From the NCBI GenBank assembly GCA_031549625.1, contig JAVBPK010000068.1:1-63776 (forward strand): a DNA stretch of 63,776 nucleotides, given 5' to 3'. Origin of the DNA: Eubacteriales bacterium. GTDB taxonomy: Bacteria; Bacillota; Clostridia; Christensenellales; CAG-138. The notes under the pieces were generated by a model. It saw only the letters and a list, made by a program, of their open reading frames with translations. It did no database searches and had not been told where the DNA came from. The position numbers and the translations under genes are program-made. Of the stretch, positions 1-8,258 are shown one piece after another (position 1 is the stretch's first letter; each line of letters begins with the position of its first letter).

Positions 1-197
1 CCTTCCGCATAACCACCGAGATATCCGCGCAGGCGGAAGGACTCCGCACAGTGTGGGTGCGATTCTTCCCCCCGTATACGCGCATCAACGCGCTCGAATC
101 CGATACCGGCTCCAATACCTGGCCGCTTGCCTGCATGGGAATCGGCGCCGTGCTGCTGCTGCTTTGCCGCAGGCGCGCGCGGCGCAAAAGGGAATAA
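1..197 (+). CDS. 3' end of a CDS truncated by the window edge. The C-terminus resembles a Gram-positive cell-wall sorting signal (..LESDTGS-NTWPLACMGIGAVLLLLC-RRRARRKRE*).
   Basis: The frame starting at nt 3 is open to TAA at 195-197. It is absent from the ORF track because it has no in-window start. It has a TG-containing motif, then about 18 hydrophobic residues, then an Arg/Lys tail. Confidence 0.45.
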   Translation, partial: FRITTEISAQAEGLRTVWVRFFPPYTRINALESDTGSNTWPLACMGIGAVLLLLCRRRARRKRE

Positions 198-256
198 AGC
201 AAAAGCCCCCCCCTTTGGTGAGTGACGGGGCAAATAAGAACGCTGTTATACAAAAA

Positions 257-282
257 TCGGCATACGCGCTATGCTGATTTTT
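257..282. terminator. Intrinsic terminator hairpin, possibly bidirectional
   Basis: tcggcata-cgcgc-tatgctga is an 8-bp stem with one G-U pair. It is followed by TTTTT and preceded by AAAAA. Confidence 0.55.
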
Positions 283-571
283 GCTGTTTACCGGCTTATC
301 CAAGCTTTCGCAATCGGTTGCGCGCCGTTGCGTTGCCGCTTGCTTTCATGCGGCCGCAGCCTTTGTCCGGGAGGCTGTTATCCATATACTTACAGGCCAA
401 AGGGAAGGTTTGCCGCCCGTGCGGCCGTCCTCACAAAAAAAGGCGTTTTCTTGGTGCATTTCGCGTAGCCGCGTAGTATAATACAGCAGAATACGTTTTA
501 CGGAAGTTTGGATGAAGGCGGAGGCGGCGCGCCGGTGCGCCATGCTCGCTTTCGCAAAGGAGATACTTCGC

Positions 572-1936
572 ATGAAAATCATAGTTGTGGGCGACGGCAA
601 GGTTGGTTACACGCTGACCCAGCAGCTTTCTCTGGAAGACCATGAGTTGGTGGTTATCGACAACAACCCCGCCGTCCTGCGCGAACTGCAGGAATCGCTC
701 GACGTAGCTATATTGGTGGGCAATGGGGCGAGCGTAGAAATACAGCGCAAGGCGGAGGTGCCCACGGCCGATATACTCATAGCGGCCACCTCTAGGGATG
801 AGGTCAATTTGCTTTGCTGCATGGTGGCGCGCAAGCTTGGCTGCAAAAACACCATCGCCCGCGTGCGAAACCCCGAATACGATCAAAATCTGCGCTTGCT
901 GAAAGAAGAGCTGGCGCTTTCTTTGCATATTAACCCCGAACGTGCCACTGCACGCGAAATATTCCGGCTGCTGCAATTCCCCTCGTTTTTGCAGCGCGAT
1001 TCTTTCGCAAAGGGCCGCGTGGAACTTGTGGAGCTCAAGCTCAAGCCGGGCAATGTGCTCATAGACAAACGGCTTTCCGAAATGAGCTCCATCGGTTTTG
1101 ATAAGCTGCGCGCGCTCATTTGCACGGTAGACCGCGCGGGCGAGGTTACCATACCGGGCGGCCATTTCCGGCTGCGTGAAGGCGATAAAATCACCGTGGC
1201 GGCGGATGCCACCGAGATAGCAAAGCTGCTGAAGGTGCTGCACATCAGCAGCCATGGTACGGAAAGCGCTATGATTATCGGTGGCGGGCGCATAGCGGAA
1301 TACCTGGCGAAGATGCTGCTGGCCGCCCGCGTGCAGGTCACCATAGTGGAACGCAATATCGACCGCTGCAAAGAGCTGTGCGAGCTTTTGCCGGATGCGC
1401 TTGTGCTGCAGGGCGACGGCACACAGCAGGAATTTTTGCTTTCCGAAGGCATAGAATCCACAGACGCGCTCGTTACGCTTACAGGCATAGACGAAGAAAA
1501 CCTCATCGTTTCCATGTTTGGCGACCATATCGGTGTGCCGAAAACCATCACGAAAATCAACCGCACGGAATACGCCGCCGTATTCAAAGACAAGGGAATC
1601 GACACAATCGTGAGTCCCAAATTGCTTACCGCAAACGAGATTATCAGCTATGTGCGCGCCATCGACAATACGTCGGGCGGTTCCGTTGTGACGCTTGCGC
1701 GCATCGTGAACGGCAACGCGGAAGCCATGGAGTTTTTCCTGAACGCGGACGCGCCTTACCTGGGCGTGCCGCTGCACGAACTGACTCTCAAGCCAAACCG
1801 CCTGATCGCGGCCATCATCCGCGCTAAAAAGGTCATCATACCCAAAGGCGGCGACCATATGGAGCGAGGCGACACCGTCATCGTTATCGCGCCCGCGGAA
1901 AGCGCCACGGCGGACATGAAGGACATATTCCGGTAA
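572..1936 (+). CDS. trkA: Potassium uptake protein TrkA (two tandem RCK/NAD-binding units)
   Basis: ATG at 572 follows AAGGAG at 557-562; the track ORF starts further upstream at 512. Two Rossmann-type starts are present: MKIIVVGDGKVG and AMIIGGGRIAEYLA. A trkH partner lies immediately downstream. Confidence 0.9.
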   Translation: MKIIVVGDGKVGYTLTQQLSLEDHELVVIDNNPAVLRELQESLDVAILVGNGASVEIQRKAEVPTADILIAATSRDEVNLLCCMVARKLGCKNTIARVRNPEYDQNLRLLKEELALSLHINPERATAREIFRLLQFPSFLQRDSFAKGRVELVELKLKPGNVLIDKRLSEMSSIGFDKLRALICTVDRAGEVTIPGGHFRLREGDKITVAADATEIAKLLKVLHISSHGTESAMIIGGGRIAEYLAKMLLAARVQVTIVERNIDRCKELCELLPDALVLQGDGTQQEFLLSEGIESTDALVTLTGIDEENLIVSMFGDHIGVPKTITKINRTEYAAVFKDKGIDTIVSPKLLTANEIISYVRAIDNTSGGSVVTLARIVNGNAEAMEFFLNADAPYLGVPLHELTLKPNRLIAAIIRAKKVIIPKGGDHMERGDTVIVIAPAESATADMKDIFR

Positions 1937-1972
1937 GAGAAATAAGCGGAAAGCATACACGAAGGAATACGC

Positions 1973-3424
1973 ATGAACATCCGAACAATCGTTATCTATA
2001 TTGGAAACCTGCTGCTGTGGGAAAGCGTGGCGATGGTGCCCGCGCTGGGTATTGCGTGGTACAACAACGAAAAGGCCGCCGCAAATGCCATAGCGGCCAC
2101 TATTTTTTTGTTGGTTCTCGTCGGGCTGCCGCTTATGCGGCTCAAAAGGCAGAAGACGGGCTTTCAGGCGCGCGAAGGCTTTATTACCGTGGCGCTCGGC
2201 TGGATACTTATCTCGCTTTTTGGCGCGCTGCCCTTCTTTTTAAGCAAAGCGATCCCGAATTACATAGACGCTTTCTTTGAAACCGTTTCCGGCTTCACCA
2301 CCACAGGCGCAAGCATCCTGCAAGAAATCGAAAGCATGCCCCGCGGCTTGCTGTATTGGCGCAGCTTTACGCACTGGGTGGGCGGCATGGGCGTGCTTGT
2401 GCTTGTGCTGGCGTTTTCTTCGCTGGCAAAGGGTGGCGGCGCGCTGCACCTGATGCGCGCGGAAAGCCCGGGCCCTTCCGTGGGCAAGCTCACACCGACT
2501 TTGCGCCAAACAGCCCGCATACTGTACAGCATTTATGTGGTGCTCACGCTCGTGCAAATCGTGCTGCTGCTGCTTGGCGGCATGTCGCTGTTTGATAGCG
2601 CCTGCCATACATTCGGCACGGCGGGCACGGGCGGCTTCAGCGTGAAAAACCTAAGCGTGGGCGCGTATCAAAGCACATACATCGAAATTGTCATCGGCGT
2701 ATTCATGCTGCTGTTTGGCATGAACTTTGCCATGTTCTACCTTTTGCTGCTGCGGCAGTTTGGCGCGGTATGGAAAAATCAGGAATTGCGGCTGTATTTG
2801 GCGCTGGCCGTATTCTTTACGATCATCATTGCGTTTAATATCTGGCCGCAATACGGCAGCTTTTCGCAGGCGCTGCTCAAAAGCTTTTTTCAGGTATCCT
2901 CTATCATCACCACAACGGGTTTCGCAACGGCGGATTTCAACGCATGGCCGCAGCTTGCCCGTTATTCGATTGTGCTGCTCACGTTTTTGGGTGCGTGCGC
3001 CGGTTCCACGGCGGGCGGGCTAAAATCATCCCGCGTGCTCATATTATGGCAGTCGCTGAAAAGTCACATGCATATCATGCTGCGCCCGCGGGCCATACGC
3101 CCCGTTCGCGTGGAAGGCCATACGCTGGAGGAAGAAGTTGTGCGCGGCGTACATTCCTTTTTGGCGGCGTACATGTTTATAGCGCTCATATCCATGCTTC
3201 TGCTTTCCATGGATAATTTCAGCCTGGAAACGACGCTCACGTCCGTCGTTACCGCGCTGGGCAACACAGGCCCGGGTTTGGATATGGTCGGCCCGCGCGG
3301 CAATTTCTTTGCGTTTTCACCGCTTTCCAAGCTGGTGCTCTGCGCGGATATGCTGCTTGGGCGGCTGGAAATATTCCCGCTGTTGCTGCTGTTTTCGCCC
3401 GCCACATGGCGGCGGCAGGCATAG
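1973..3424 (+). CDS. trkH: Potassium uptake membrane protein TrkH/KtrB family
   Basis: 483 aa with many TM segments and repeated pore-loop-like motifs (SGFTTTGAS, SIITTTGFATAD, GNTGPG). It starts 36 nt after trkA. Confidence 0.9.
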   Translation: MNIRTIVIYIGNLLLWESVAMVPALGIAWYNNEKAAANAIAATIFLLVLVGLPLMRLKRQKTGFQAREGFITVALGWILISLFGALPFFLSKAIPNYIDAFFETVSGFTTTGASILQEIESMPRGLLYWRSFTHWVGGMGVLVLVLAFSSLAKGGGALHLMRAESPGPSVGKLTPTLRQTARILYSIYVVLTLVQIVLLLLGGMSLFDSACHTFGTAGTGGFSVKNLSVGAYQSTYIEIVIGVFMLLFGMNFAMFYLLLLRQFGAVWKNQELRLYLALAVFFTIIIAFNIWPQYGSFSQALLKSFFQVSSIITTTGFATADFNAWPQLARYSIVLLTFLGACAGSTAGGLKSSRVLILWQSLKSHMHIMLRPRAIRPVRVEGHTLEEEVVRGVHSFLAAYMFIALISMLLLSMDNFSLETTLTSVVTALGNTGPGLDMVGPRGNFFAFSPLSKLVLCADMLLGRLEIFPLLLLFSPATWRRQA

Positions 3425-3496
3425 CGGCGGCTGCCTTCTGTAATAGCAGCCGCGAAACGCACGCTTTGCGTCGCCGCAACAACGTTCAATTCATAA

Positions 3497-3525
3497 TTGA
3501 CCGCGCATTTTCCCTGTCGTACAAT
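3497..3525 (+). promoter_or_regulatory. Sigma-A type promoter TTGACC-N17-TACAAT
   Basis: -35 at 3497-3502 and -10 at 3520-3525, about 22 nt upstream of the ATG at 3548. Confidence 0.55.
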
Positions 3526-3547
3526 GAACATAGATGGGGGGGCTTTT

Positions 3548-4378
3548 ATGCCGCGAGACTACACAAAAGTGAAGCATTTGGAGCCGATCATTTTCGAAAT
3601 GAAAAAGGCCGGCAGGACAAACGCGCAAATCGGCCTGGAGTTTGGCCTCACAAAAGCGCAGGTAAAAGGCATTGTAAAACGCTTTAACCGCCGGCAAAAC
3701 GCGGACGAATTTGGTGACGACGAATATGCCGAATCCGTTGATGCAGCGGGGGGGCTTTTTGCGGAAGAAGAAACGGAAGAGGCGGCGCAGTACGAAGCGG
3801 AGCCTTTCGAGGAAGAAGAAGCGGAGGCGGCGGCGCAGTACGAAGCGGAGCCTTTCGAGGAAGAAGAAGCGGAAGCGGCGGCGCAGTACGAAGCGGAGCC
3901 TTTCGAGGAAGAAGAAGCCGAAGAGGCGGCGCAGTACGAAGCGGAGCCTTTCGAGGAAGAAGAAGCCGAAGAAATAACGCAATACGAAACCGAAGCGGAC
4001 AGCGACGCGGCGGAAGCAAGCACGAACGCCCAAACAGCCCCGCCCGCAAGCGCCATCAAAACGGCGCCGCTTCCGCGTGACGATGCCGAAACGCGGGAAA
4101 AATTGCTCGCCTCCATATCCGCGGAATTTGGCCCGCATGGCAAATACGCAGCCGCAACCAAAGCGGCCGCGCCCGCCCTAAGCGCCGAACCGCGCCTGAA
4201 GCCACGGCCCGCGGCCTTGCCGGAGCTCGGTGAAATACCAACCGGCCTGCAAACGAAAAAACAAGTGGATGTGGAACTCACGCGCCTTTCTTCCGAAATG
4301 GAGGACTTGGAAAAAGCCCTCAAAGAGATCGATAAAATATGGGCGCGTCTGGAGAAAACGCGTAAAACATTAAAATAG
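3548..4378 (+). CDS. Hypothetical protein with an N-terminal HTH-like segment, an acidic 16-aa tandem repeat region and a C-terminal coiled coil
   Basis: ATG at 3548 follows a G-rich RBS. The N-terminus reads MKKAGRTNAQIGLEFGLTKAQVKGIVKRFNRRQ. The repeats are AAQYEAEPFEEEEAEA. The C-terminus reads ELTRLSSEMEDLEKALKEIDKIWARLEKTRK. Confidence 0.7.
   Translation: MPRDYTKVKHLEPIIFEMKKAGRTNAQIGLEFGLTKAQVKGIVKRFNRRQNADEFGDDEYAESVDAAGGLFAEEETEEAAQYEAEPFEEEEAEAAAQYEAEPFEEEEAEAAAQYEAEPFEEEEAEEAAQYEAEPFEEEEAEEITQYETEADSDAAEASTNAQTAPPASAIKTAPLPRDDAETREKLLASISAEFGPHGKYAAATKAAAPALSAEPRLKPRPAALPELGEIPTGLQTKKQVDVELTRLSSEMEDLEKALKEIDKIWARLEKTRKTLK
3782..3973 (+). repeat. Four near-identical, in-frame, head-to-tail copies of a 48-bp unit, with degenerate half-copies on both sides
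   Basis: Unit gcggcgcagtacgaagcggagcctttcgaggaagaagaagcggaggcg starts at 3782, 3830, 3878 and 3926. Confidence 0.9.
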
Positions 4379-4394
4379 GCGTTTTGGCGTATGA

Positions 4395-4427
4395 GGGGAT
4401 GATGAGCGGCGATCGTACATCATCCCC
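4395..4427 (+). terminator. Intrinsic terminator after the HTH/repeat gene
   Basis: Perfect 10-bp stem ggggatgatg / catcatcccc with a 13-nt loop, followed by a pyrimidine/T-rich tail. Confidence 0.6.
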
Positions 4428-4447
4428 CCTTCTTCATTCTATTTCGA

Positions 4448-4618
4448 CCTAGGTAAACGCTGATGAATGCAGGCGGAGACGTCTTTGCGGTTCTTTATCC
4501 CTCCGGCAGCGTCATCGGAACTTGAAATAGCGCCGCTATTCCTGCGTTCCATCTTCCTTGCCGGAGAAAAAAACTCCTCGCAAATCCGCCACCTTCATTT
4601 AATCAGCGATTACCTAGC
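4448..4618. repeat. Imperfect palindrome of about 170 bp that would fold as a nested rod-like hairpin. It could be a MITE/REP-like element or a structured RNA.
   Basis: The outer arms cctaggtaaacgctgat..ggcgga (4448-4477) and tccgcc..atcagcgattacctag (4585-4617) pair. Inner pairs are tttgcg/cgcaaa, ctccggca/tgccggag, ggaac/gttcc and aatagcg/cgctatt. Confidence 0.6.
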
Positions 4619-4619
4619 A

Positions 4620-4648
4620 TTGACACAGGCGCCCCTAAAAGATATACT
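4620..4648 (+). promoter_or_regulatory. Sigma-A type promoter TTGACA-N17-TATACT
   Basis: -35 at 4620-4625 and -10 at 4643-4648, upstream of the CDS at 4679. Confidence 0.6.
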
Positions 4649-4650
4649 AA

Positions 4651-4667
4651 TTTAGTAAATTACTAAA
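4651..4667. promoter_or_regulatory. Candidate operator: perfect inverted repeat TTTAGTAA-A-TTACTAAA
   Basis: 8-bp arms starting 3 nt after the -10 box, overlapping the expected transcription start. Confidence 0.4.
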
Positions 4668-4678
4668 AGGAGTGCCAT

Positions 4679-5161
4679 ATGTCTATACCAACCCAACTCA
4701 AACACAAGCCGGTGCTTGTTTGCGAAAACTACGAGCAAGTGGACGGCCGCAGCGCGTATGCGTCCGAGGCGAAGGGCCTTTCTTTGGGCCTTGCGCAGTG
4801 GAACGACAGAGGGCGCGTGGACGCGTCCGCCAAGGTTTGGCGGTATACCGGCGAAAAATGGTCGCGCCAAAGCGAGGAGCTGCCGCTGCACCGTGTGCTG
4901 GATTTGGCCATATTGGTTGCGACGGGCCTGCGCTATTTCCAGGAAGAAAGCTATCGCCACCCGCGCCTGTATGATCCGCAAGCGCCTCAATTAGGCCGTA
5001 TCGGCGTGCAGGGCGACGCCATGACGGTATCCGTTTGCGTAGAAAACCCAAATATTGACGAGGACATTGCCCTGCTGCGGGACGCGCTGGCAAAGGACGG
5101 CGAATTGCTGGGCGAGCGCCTGCGCGTGCTCGGCGGGCTGCTGAGGGACATGGGCTGTTAG
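4679..5161 (+). CDS. Conserved hypothetical protein (160 aa, soluble)
   Basis: Strong RBS (AAAAGGAG, 7-nt spacer, ATG). No domain that I can name with confidence. Confidence 0.7.
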   Translation: MSIPTQLKHKPVLVCENYEQVDGRSAYASEAKGLSLGLAQWNDRGRVDASAKVWRYTGEKWSRQSEELPLHRVLDLAILVATGLRYFQEESYRHPRLYDPQAPQLGRIGVQGDAMTVSVCVENPNIDEDIALLRDALAKDGELLGERLRVLGGLLRDMGC

Positions 5162-5178
5162 CGAAAGGCATATTTTGC

Positions 5179-5207
5179 TTGACAAACGCGCTCCGCTTGG
5201 GCATACT
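5179..5207 (+). promoter_or_regulatory. Sigma-A type promoter TTGACA-N17-CATACT for the glyQS leader
   Basis: -35 at 5179-5184 and -10 at 5202-5207. Confidence 0.6.
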
Positions 5208-5209
5208 AT

Positions 5210-5412
5210 CAAGCAAACGCGATATGGCGGGGATGGGAATACGCGCGGCGATTGTTGCAAGAGCGAGCTGGGGAAGGTGCAAGCCCGGCGCAAAACAGCC
5301 GCGTCTGGCAACCCGGAGCCAAGCAATTGAAAGTGGGCGGCATTGCCGCCAAAAAGGGTGGAACCGCGGGCACAAGCTCGTCCCTTTATCAGGGCGGGCT
5401 TTTTTGTTTCCC
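5210..5412 (+). promoter_or_regulatory. T-box riboswitch leader with a glycine (GGC) specifier and a terminator/antiterminator
   Basis: T-box sequence AAGGGTGGAACCGCGGG at 5354-5370. Candidate specifier CTGGCAA has GGC at 5307-5309. Terminator stem at 5376-5399 is followed by TTTTTTGTTT. It lies directly upstream of glyQS. Confidence 0.85.
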
Positions 5413-5499
5413 CAAAACTGGCCCGCATAAACGATATCCGAAAACAGCGATCAGGAAGAGCAACAGGAATTTCATTCAAAATTTGGAGGATTGACCAGC

Positions 5500-6888
5500 A
5501 TGGAAAAGACGATGGACAAAATTGTGGCGCTTTGCAAAAGCCGCGGCTACATCTTCCCCGGTTCGGAAATATACGGCGGGCTCGCGAACTCTTGGGATTA
5601 TGGCCCGCTGGGCGTAGAATTCAAAAACAATGTCAAGCTCGCCTGGTGGAAAAAGTTCGTACAGGAAAGCCCCTACAACGTCGGTATGGATGCCGCTATA
5701 TTGATGAACCCTAAAGTGTGGGTGGCCTCCGGCCATGTCGGCGGGTTTTCGGATCCGCTCATGGACTGCAAAGCATGCAAGTCGCGCTTTCGCGCCGACA
5801 AGCTGATCGAGGACTACGTGGCCGAGCAGCATATCGACAATGTGCGTCCGGACGGCTGGAACAACGCGCAAATGGAAGAATACATCGAAAAGCAAGGCAT
5901 CGCCTGCCCCGATTGCGGCGCAAAGACGTTTACGTCCATCCGCAAGTTCAACCTCATGTTTAAAACATTTCAGGGCGTCACGGAGGATAGCTCCGCGGAA
6001 ATCTACCTGCGCCCCGAAACGGCACAGGGCATATTTGTAAATTTCAAAAACGTGCAGCGCACCACCCGCAAAAAGATCCCCTTTGGCATTGCGCAAATCG
6101 GCAAATCATTCCGCAACGAAATCACGCCGGGCAACTTCATATTCCGCATCCGCGAATTCGAGCAGATGGAGCTGGAATTTTTCTGCGAGCCGGGCACGGA
6201 TCTCGAGTGGTATGAATACTGGAAGGCGTACTGCAAAAACTGGCTGCTCAATCTCGGCCTGAAGGAAGAAAACATCAAAATGCGTGAACACGCCAAGGAA
6301 GAGCTTTCGCACTATTCCAAGGGTACCACGGATATCGAATTCCTCTTCCCCTTTGGCTGGGGCGAGCTGTGGGGCATCGCGGACAGAACCGACTTTGACC
6401 TCAAGCAGCACGCGAGCCATTCCGGCGAAAACATGGAATACGTCGATCCCTTCGACAACGCGAAAAAATACATCCCCTACTGCGTCGAGCCCTCGCTTGG
6501 CGCCGACCGCGTAGCATTGGCCTTCCTGTGTGACGCGTATGATGAGGAGGAGCTGGAAGGCGGCGATATCCGCAACGTGATGCGCCTGCACCCCGCCCTC
6601 GCCCCCTTCAAGGCCGCCGTGCTGCCACTGCAAAAGAAGCTGGGCGAAAAAGCGCAGGAAGTGTATACGCTGCTCAGCTGCAACTGCATGGTAGACTACG
6701 ACGAAACCGGCGCCATCGGCCGCCGCTACCGCAGGCAGGACGAAATCGGCACGCCGCTGTGCATCACCATCGACTTCGACACGATGGAAGATAACACGGT
6801 CACCGTGCGCGACCGCGACACGATGACGCAAATCCGCCTGCCCATCGACGAGCTGCCCGCCTATATACAAAAGCAGCAGGAGTTTTAA
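5500..6888 (+). CDS. glyQS: Glycine--tRNA ligase (class II, single-chain GlyQS)
   Basis: ATG at 5500 lies 9 nt after GGAGGA. N-terminus reads [38 protein letters not shown]. Length is about 462 aa. Confidence 0.95.
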   Translation: MEKTMDKIVALCKSRGYIFPGSEIYGGLANSWDYGPLGVEFKNNVKLAWWKKFVQESPYNVGMDAAILMNPKVWVASGHVGGFSDPLMDCKACKSRFRADKLIEDYVAEQHIDNVRPDGWNNAQMEEYIEKQGIACPDCGAKTFTSIRKFNLMFKTFQGVTEDSSAEIYLRPETAQGIFVNFKNVQRTTRKKIPFGIAQIGKSFRNEITPGNFIFRIREFEQMELEFFCEPGTDLEWYEYWKAYCKNWLLNLGLKEENIKMREHAKEELSHYSKGTTDIEFLFPFGWGELWGIADRTDFDLKQHASHSGENMEYVDPFDNAKKYIPYCVEPSLGADRVALAFLCDAYDEEELEGGDIRNVMRLHPALAPFKAAVLPLQKKLGEKAQEVYTLLSCNCMVDYDETGAIGRRYRRQDEIGTPLCITIDFDTMEDNTVTVRDRDTMTQIRLPIDELPAYIQKQQEF

Positions 6889-6901
6889 TTCACACTTGAC
6901 T

Positions 6902-6947
6902 CAAACGGTATAGCGGGGCGGAAAGCTTTGTTATGCCGTTTGTTTTT
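6902..6947 (+). terminator. Intrinsic terminator after glyQS
   Basis: caaacggtata / tatgccgtttg is an 11-bp stem with one G-U pair, followed by TTTTT. Confidence 0.55.
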
Positions 6948-7068
6948 GTAAGAAATCATGCAAAAGCTCTGCTTTGTGTTATAATAGGTAAACGTATACG
7001 CCGCATAACGGCGGTGTAAGCGGGAATACGCAGGCCTGTATGTTTTTTGTTTTGAAAGGAGCGCGCAT

Positions 7069-7440
7069 ATGCAGTTCAAGATGGTACACAACAATTTCAA
7101 CGTAACAAATCTTGAAAGAAGCCTCGCTTTTTACAAAGAAGCGCTCGGCCTCGCGCCTGTGCGCGAAAAGGCGGCGCCCGACGGCTCGTTCAGGCTGGTG
7201 TTCCTGGGCGACGGCGTGTCCCAGCATCAGCTGGAGCTTACCTGGGTGCGCGAGCATCCGCAAGCATACGACTTGGGCGAAAACGAATTTCATCTCGCCT
7301 TTACCGTAGAAGATTTTCAGGCCGCGCATGCCCTGCATGAAAAAATGGGCTGCATCTGTTATGAAAACCCGGCCATGGGCATCTATTTCATAAACGATCC
7401 CGATAACTACTGGCTGGAGATTATCCCGCAAAACAGGTAG
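7069..7440 (+). CDS. VOC/glyoxalase-fold protein (lactoylglutathione lyase-like)
   Basis: 123 aa. HNNFNVTNLERSLAFYKEALGL and HLAFTVEDF..YFINDPDNYWLEI are typical paired beta-alpha-beta-beta-beta modules. RBS is GAAAGGAG. Confidence 0.8.
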   Translation: MQFKMVHNNFNVTNLERSLAFYKEALGLAPVREKAAPDGSFRLVFLGDGVSQHQLELTWVREHPQAYDLGENEFHLAFTVEDFQAAHALHEKMGCICYENPAMGIYFINDPDNYWLEIIPQNR

Positions 7441-7446
7441 GCAGGC

Positions 7447-8238
7447 ATGCGCATACGAAGCTTTTGGCCCGGTAAGGCGGCGGTAAGCCGTAAAAAATTC
7501 TACGATTCACTTGCGCAGCCCTTCTTCCACAAAGGGAACGAAATCGGCTGCGCGCTCCTGCACGGCTTTACGGGCACGCCCGCCAATATGCGCGTGGTAG
7601 CCGATGCGCTTGCGCAGCAAGACTATACGGTCTACGTACCACGCCTGTGCGGCCATGCCTCCTCCTTAAAAGAGATGGACGCTTGTTCCGCCGAAGACTG
7701 GGAACGCGACGCGTTTGAGGCCTACGACAAACTCAAGCAGGCGGGCTGCGAGCGCATATTCTTCATGGGCCTTTCCATGGGCGCGCTGCTGACGGTATTC
7801 GTGGCAAGCAGCAGGCCATGCGACGGCGTGGTATTGATGAGCATGCCGCTGCGTATGCACAACTATTTGCATAGGGCGAGCAAAGTTTCCCGCGTGATGC
7901 CCTATGTGGTCGCCGAAGAACGGTCGCCCAAATACCAAAACGATTCTTTGCTGCAAGGCTATAACGGAGCTCCCCTCCGGCGCTTGCGCGATTTGGAGCG
8001 AATGGCGCTTTCCGCTCGCGGCCGCCTGGGCTACATTACCTGCCCCGTGCTTATCCTGCAGCCATACAACGATCACCGCGTGGATTTAAGCAGCGTGGAA
8101 ATCACGCGCCATGGCGTAAACAGCAAAGATGTGGAAGTGATCTATTTAGAAAATTCGCCGCACGCGTGCACGGTCGGGCCGGAACGCATGCAAATAGCGG
8201 CGTACTGCCGCGAATTTGTGCGGAGAATAATACGGTAG
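7447..8238 (+). CDS. Alpha/beta hydrolase (carboxylesterase-like)
   Basis: HGFTGTP oxyanion region and GLSMG nucleophile elbow. 263 aa. Confidence 0.8.
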   Translation: MRIRSFWPGKAAVSRKKFYDSLAQPFFHKGNEIGCALLHGFTGTPANMRVVADALAQQDYTVYVPRLCGHASSLKEMDACSAEDWERDAFEAYDKLKQAGCERIFFMGLSMGALLTVFVASSRPCDGVVLMSMPLRMHNYLHRASKVSRVMPYVVAEERSPKYQNDSLLQGYNGAPLRRLRDLERMALSARGRLGYITCPVLILQPYNDHRVDLSSVEITRHGVNSKDVEVIYLENSPHACTVGPERMQIAAYCREFVRRIIR

Positions 8239-8258
8239 TCCGGGTTTAGGAGGTCGAA

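Noticed and set aside
198-571. A c-di-AMP (ydaO-type) riboswitch or another leader element upstream of the trkA-trkH potassium transporter genes.
   Set aside because: No GGGGACCCA / GGGGUGAAUC / ACCCGAA-type conserved blocks are present. The best -10 (TATAAT at about 470) leaves only a leader of about 90 nt. The GC-rich stretch at 300-440 remains unexplained but shows no recognisable motif.
431-1960. Very long antisense ORFs that mirror real genes. Examples: 431-1960 minus strand opposite trkA; 11268-12818 minus opposite the sortase-like gene; 27420-28907 minus opposite the mcp; 55594-56580 and 56932-58167 plus opposite flagellins; 21354-22274 minus opposite the fliK-like gene.
   Set aside because: These are shadow ORFs, expected when GC-biased codon usage avoids TTA/CTA/TCA on the sense strand. 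Their products are Arg/Gly/Ala/His-rich low-complexity sequences with no RBS, while the sense-strand genes have unambiguous family motifs.
3684-4049. A possible CRISPR-like or independent coding meaning for the 48-bp repeat array, including the K/R-rich ORF at 3711-3977 and the P/L/R-rich ORF at 3684-4049.
   Set aside because: The repeats are directly adjacent with no spacers, and they are in frame within a CDS that has an RBS and non-repetitive termini. The other frames are artefacts of the repeat periodicity.
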